This document shows, in pieces, positions 60,406 through 64,000 of a DNA stretch of 64,000 nucleotides. The first letter of the stretch is position 1. Every line of letters starts with the position of its first letter. The stretch comes from Parcubacteria bacterium C7867-001 (lineage in GTDB: Bacteria; Patescibacteriota; Minisyncoccia; Phycocordibacterales; Phycocordibacteraceae): contig LFCK01000001.1 in assembly GCA_001189095.1 (NCBI GenBank), forward strand, positions 20,133 to 84,132. The letters run 5' to 3'. The position numbers and the translations under genes were made by a program. Under the pieces are notes generated by a model. It was not told the DNA's origin, ran no database searches, and saw only the letters and a program-made list of their open reading frames with translations.

Positions 60406-60632
60406 TTTTCTCTTTCGAAGATCCGGATACCCCAAGGGTACTTCCAATTTCCTAACTCGCTGTCGCTCCTAACGAAATTTGGGCGCGCACGAAAAGCCTC
60501 AAAATATCAAAGTAAACAACCAGTTTATTTGGGGAGGAAATACTGGTGCCTAATGGCGCGTGTGGACAAAAAACTCACCTGTTATAGAGTTTAGGTATCC
60601 GATAGCTATAACAACAGCCGGCACATACACGC

Positions 60633-61331
60633 ATGGCCATTTTTTCCAAAAAAAGAAGTCTAATATCAGGCGAGATTAGATACCGACCTACATTAACCTC
60701 TGCAAAAGGGGGTGTTGAGCTTGCAAAGCTACTTGAGGGAAAATTTCCTCATTGGCGAATTCGCAACGGACAGGACGTGGCACTTCTCGACGAAACAAAA
60801 AAGTGGCTGATCGAAATTAGATATAACTCACTTATTTTTCAAAATGAAGGCGAGGAAGCAGGAACAGAACTTATTGATCTCCTTGAGCTCGTGTTCAACG
60901 AAGTTAAGGAACATTTTGGCATAAGTGATTATTTACACGTAGGTTGTCGCAATAAGTCTGTTTACGCTTGCTCATTTCAAGAGAAAGACCTAGTTGATTT
61001 AACTTTCCGTAAATTGTATGGAAATACGTCCGTGCTTACTTCAATGTCAGGTGACAAATTAAGGGATACAGGTTTTGTACTAGATGCAACAAAGGGTGAA
61101 CTAAACACGCATGTTCAAATTGGTCCAGCAAAAGAAGGTCAGGCAGAAAATTTCATCAACAACCAATTTGATGTAGAAGATCTAGAAGGTAATAGCTTCT
61201 TAATGGTAGACGTGGACGTATTTAAGAAAACCTCCCTCACAAAGGAGAGCTGCATTAACGTACTGAAGGAGGCCGCCGCTGTAAATTCTGAAGTAACCTC
61301 AGGGTACATCGACTTCTTGTCTACAAAATGA
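60633..61331 (+). CDS. Island gene A: hypothetical protein (232 aa) with no recognisable domain
   Basis: The ORF has an AT-rich composition distinct from its surroundings. Its stop overlaps the next start as ATGA. Confidence 0.55.
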   Translation: MAIFSKKRSLISGEIRYRPTLTSAKGGVELAKLLEGKFPHWRIRNGQDVALLDETKKWLIEIRYNSLIFQNEGEEAGTELIDLLELVFNEVKEHFGISDYLHVGCRNKSVYACSFQEKDLVDLTFRKLYGNTSVLTSMSGDKLRDTGFVLDATKGELNTHVQIGPAKEGQAENFINNQFDVEDLEGNSFLMVDVDVFKKTSLTKESCINVLKEAAAVNSEVTSGYIDFLSTK

Positions 61332-61945
61332 TATTCCCAGTTCTACCGCCAGCCGACATAAACCTAACTAATTTTGCTGCTCAGCAGGGTGTGATTGATC
61401 GCAATAGAAAGACGTCTGAAAGCGCTTCAGTTGAACGTTCAAGCAAGGATTCAGAGCGTGTTGAGGTTGAGAGGAAAGAGATAACGGCGGAGAGTGTCGT
61501 TTCTGAAGATCAAACTGTCATTGAGGGTGTCGAATTCAAAGAAAGTGATAAAAGCTCTTCTTCAGTCAACGACCAATCGCGTGAGCATTTCTCCAACGAG
61601 GGCTTTGGCGATGCATATATAAAACACAGTACAGCAGCAGCAATATTGCAGATTAAGAATCTCATCGAGGAGTGGAATAAAAAAGGAACTAAGGATAGTA
61701 CCTCAGAAATAAGCCAAATAAAAACTACTCTTGAGGAATACGCACCCTTCTTTACAGAAAGACCGGAGTCAGAAGTCTTACTGGGAGGACTGGAGACTAT
61801 TTTTGATGGTGATAGATGGGAAAGACTCGATTCAGCTAAATTAACCTTGATATCCAGGCAGCTTGAGAACTTTCAAGCTGGAAATGTGAGATGGGAGTCA
61901 CTCAGGAGATTTGCTCGAGAGATTTACTCTGCCGAAATTGTCTAA
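61328..61945 (+). CDS. Island gene B: hypothetical protein (205 aa) with a Ser/Glu-rich disordered N-terminal half and a helical C-terminal half
   Basis: The composition is AT-rich. The gene is translationally coupled to A. Its stop lies 2 nt before the start of C. Confidence 0.55.
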   Translation: MIFPVLPPADINLTNFAAQQGVIDRNRKTSESASVERSSKDSERVEVERKEITAESVVSEDQTVIEGVEFKESDKSSSSVNDQSREHFSNEGFGDAYIKHSTAAAILQIKNLIEEWNKKGTKDSTSEISQIKTTLEEYAPFFTERPESEVLLGGLETIFDGDRWERLDSAKLTLISRQLENFQAGNVRWESLRRFAREIYSAEIV

Positions 61946-61947
61946 AT

Positions 61948-62718
61948 ATGGCGAAGAGACAGAAGGTTCTAATAGATACTTCTATTCAAATCGGAAAATT
62001 AAAATATAAAGAAATTAGAGAAAAAATAAGAGAAATCGCTGAAACAGAAGATCCCGGGACGTCCTTTTTTGTGCTGTTTGAGTTCAAGGTCGGAGTGATT
62101 CTAAGTTTTATTGAATATTGGAACTTTGTAAATATTTCAGAAAATGTCTCGAAGGCTATGAGTAGATGGTCCGAGAAATATAGTGTTAGAGACGTTAAAT
62201 ACTTTGTAATGTTGCAAGCGATACTGGCTGAGAAATTTGAAAACATCTCCACAGACAAAAAGAAGCATTTAAGACAAGTTGAATTTATCATAATGTTCAC
62301 CATTGAAAACTTCTTCGCAGATATTCGAGATATACCAGTTGGTGATTTTAGGTATGACGAAATAGTGCGTTATGAAATAAAATCACGAGTTGATTACCCG
62401 GGGTTTGTGAAATTGTGCTATGAGAAAAACGAGATGGTAGATCAAAGGAAGTTTTGGACAAAATACAGAGCGGAACTAGATAAATTGGTTGCTGATGCGG
62501 ACCTGGAGAAGTGCCACTCTTCATTACACGAAGCGTTAACTCGTATTCAATCTGATATTAAATATGCTCACATGGTGAAAACGAATAAATCTATTGGAGA
62601 CGCCGTAATAACAGTTGACAGTAGACATGATACTCGCATTCTCACAACAGATTCTTCGTTCGAGAAGTTGGCGCCGATTTTAGGAAAGACTTTTGAGAAG
62701 ATACCAAATAAATACTAG
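61948..62718 (+). CDS. Island gene C: expanded PIN-like domain protein (256 aa), putative nuclease
   Basis: QKVLIDTSI resembles the PIN beta-1 Asp motif. FVLFEF supplies a conserved Glu. GDAVITVDSRHDTRILTTDSSF resembles the PIN C-terminal motif. About 150 aa are inserted between these elements. Confidence 0.5.
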   Translation: MAKRQKVLIDTSIQIGKLKYKEIREKIREIAETEDPGTSFFVLFEFKVGVILSFIEYWNFVNISENVSKAMSRWSEKYSVRDVKYFVMLQAILAEKFENISTDKKKHLRQVEFIIMFTIENFFADIRDIPVGDFRYDEIVRYEIKSRVDYPGFVKLCYEKNEMVDQRKFWTKYRAELDKLVADADLEKCHSSLHEALTRIQSDIKYAHMVKTNKSIGDAVITVDSRHDTRILTTDSSFEKLAPILGKTFEKIPNKY

Positions 62719-62729
62719 GACTCTTTGGC

Positions 62730-63167
62730 TCAACTACTTTTCCTTCGATTCTCTCGAACAATCGTAATTATGAGAACGGTCTCAGCGAGCGCGCCAAGTA
62801 TTATCTCGTTAGCGAAAGGAAATTTAAAAAAGTGAAAGTCTGCGAGACCAAAGACCATCAGAATTCCTAGACACAGATAGAATCCCACAGCAGTCATCAG
62901 AGCTCCTTCTACAAGATCTAAAAAGAAGGATGTACTACTGCGCCGGCCCTTATAGGCCGCGCCGATAACAATTGAATTTGTAACTACAAATGGTCCAGTA
63001 AAGGCTATTGATAACAAAACGAGTTTAATCCAATCCAGTTGGAATACTTGATTGGGATTATATACGTACATGGCCGTTAAGCCTGGCAAAATAATTGCCA
63101 AAACAGCAAAGAAAGCAAGTAAAAATGATTTATCCTGAAATGTTCGAACCATTGATCTAACGCTCAT
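62730..63167 (-). CDS. Island gene D: four-TM membrane protein (145 aa), convergent with C
   Basis: Four hydrophobic helices are present. The composition is AT-rich like A-C. Confidence 0.5.
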   Translation of the reverse strand: MSVRSMVRTFQDKSFLLAFFAVLAIILPGLTAMYVYNPNQVFQLDWIKLVLLSIAFTGPFVVTNSIVIGAAYKGRRSSTSFFLDLVEGALMTAVGFYLCLGILMVFGLADFHFFKFPFANEIILGALAETVLIITIVRENRRKSS

Positions 63168-63242
63168 TCGTTTATTCTAACATCGACCGAATGGGCTCGC
63201 CTTCTTCATCGAAATTAGAGGGTTGGACGGTATACTGAGTCC

Positions 63243-63716
63243 ATGAAAAAGATACAACCGTTTTTGTGGTTCAAGGAGAATGGGCAGGAGGCTATGGAGC
63301 TGTATACGAAGCTGTTTCCGGATTCGAAGATCGGCAATATAACCATGCTGCCGGACGCGCCAGGGCCTAAGGGTCAGTTCGTGGGCGAGTTCGAACTTAT
63401 GGCTGAGAAGTATATGTGCATACAGGGAGGAGAGAATCCGATGCTTGCTGCGGTGGGACCTGTATCGCTCGTCGCACTCTGCGATACACAGGAAGAGATA
63501 GATAAGCTTTGGGATGCCTTCAAGGAGGGCGGGAAGGAAATCGCGTGCGGCTGGATTACAGATCGCTTCGGCATTACGTGGCAGGTCACGCCGACCGTAC
63601 TCGGCGAATACATGAGCGATCCAGATCAGGAGAAAGCGCATCGCACCGCTATCGCGATGATGAATATGGTGAAGTTCGATATCGCTGCCCTCAAACGCGC
63701 GCACGACGGCGAATAG
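63243..63716 (+). CDS. PhnB-like / 3-demethylubiquinone-9 3-methyltransferase-domain protein (VOC/glyoxalase fold)
   Basis: MKKIQPFLWFKENGQEAMELYTKLFPDSKI is the typical family N-terminus. GC content returns to background. Confidence 0.65.
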   Translation: MKKIQPFLWFKENGQEAMELYTKLFPDSKIGNITMLPDAPGPKGQFVGEFELMAEKYMCIQGGENPMLAAVGPVSLVALCDTQEEIDKLWDAFKEGGKEIACGWITDRFGITWQVTPTVLGEYMSDPDQEKAHRTAIAMMNMVKFDIAALKRAHDGE

Positions 63717-63721
63717 CGCCT

Positions 63722-64000
63722 CTAGAGTGAATCCAAGCCCTCGGAAACCGTGACAACACGGACGTTATTTGCTTTGAGGTAATCCACGAGCTGATTGAAG
63801 AGTGTGGGCGTGATGCAGTATTGGTCCGAGCAGGAGCTTTGTACTTGGTGTGCGGTCAAGATGAGCCAGCGCTTATTCGCTAGCGCGGTGTCTACTCGGT
63901 TCTTAATCTCTGTCCAGGTGGTCGATGATTCGAGACCGTATCGCTCGAGCTGGTACGGATCTGATGCGAGTGTGACGTAGCCGCCGTTCGAGCTCGCGGC
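63722..64000 (-). CDS. C-terminal fragment of a protein running off the right edge (possibly polysaccharide-deacetylase-like)
   Basis: The minus strand reads ...NGGYVTLASDPYQLERYGLESS...RWLILTAHQVQSS...NNVRVVTVSEGLDSL*. The identification is tentative. Confidence 0.35.
   Translation of the reverse strand, partial: AASSNGGYVTLASDPYQLERYGLESSTTWTEIKNRVDTALANKRWLILTAHQVQSSCSDQYCITPTLFNQLVDYLKANNVRVVTVSEGLDSL

Noticed and set aside
60406-63170. Classifying the AT-rich island as a classical mobile element (IS, integron or prophage remnant)
   Set aside because: No transposase, integrase, terminal inverted repeats, direct repeats or adjacent tRNA was found. It is better described as a composition-atypical accessory island of unknown origin.

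Overview
This 64-kb window looks like a GC-rich bacterial chromosome segment, with GC in roughly the mid-50s % by eye. Gene content resembles a small-genome, monoderm-like lineage, possibly Patescibacteria/CPR-like; this is inferred from gene content only.

Core genes dominate and are mostly on the + strand.
- Carbon metabolism: a non-oxidative pentose-phosphate/glycolysis cluster (rpiB, rpe, a split transketolase, a PfkB kinase, a class I FBP aldolase).
- Translation: ribosomal proteins L25, L31, S2, L32 and S16; EF-Ts; RF1; tRNA-Thr(UGU); trmD; a KH protein.
- Replication: gyrB, dnaE, rnhB, and dnaG-rpoD.
- RNA polymerase: rpoB-rpoC.
- RNA processing and chromosome maintenance: smc, rnc and rnr.
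- Aminoacyl-tRNA synthetases: an N-terminally truncated ThrRS and a single-chain PheRS fused to an FDX-ACB-like domain (mitochondrial type).

Accessory content sits between these.
- A type IV pilin.
- A three-gene operon of large secreted proteins that share a paralogous C-terminal domain ending in F(N/Q)EF-COOH.
- A sortase, an Lnt-like acyltransferase, and a coiled-coil lytic transglycosylase.
- A lipoprotein with repeated GLPxTAS motifs.
- Many small ORFs that each have their own intrinsic terminator.

The best candidate for a novel system is a clearly AT-richer island of about 2.6 kb directly downstream of rpoD. It carries four genes with no recognisable homology apart from an expanded PIN-like nuclease signature in one of them.

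Other unusual features are a NusB-NUDIX fusion, a DnaG whose zinc-ribbon ligands are mutated, and lysine-rich tails on RpoD, GyrB and L32.

Almost every transcription unit ends in a GC-rich hairpin followed by a T-tract, and these are often bidirectional. I found no rRNA, CRISPR array, transposase or integrase.
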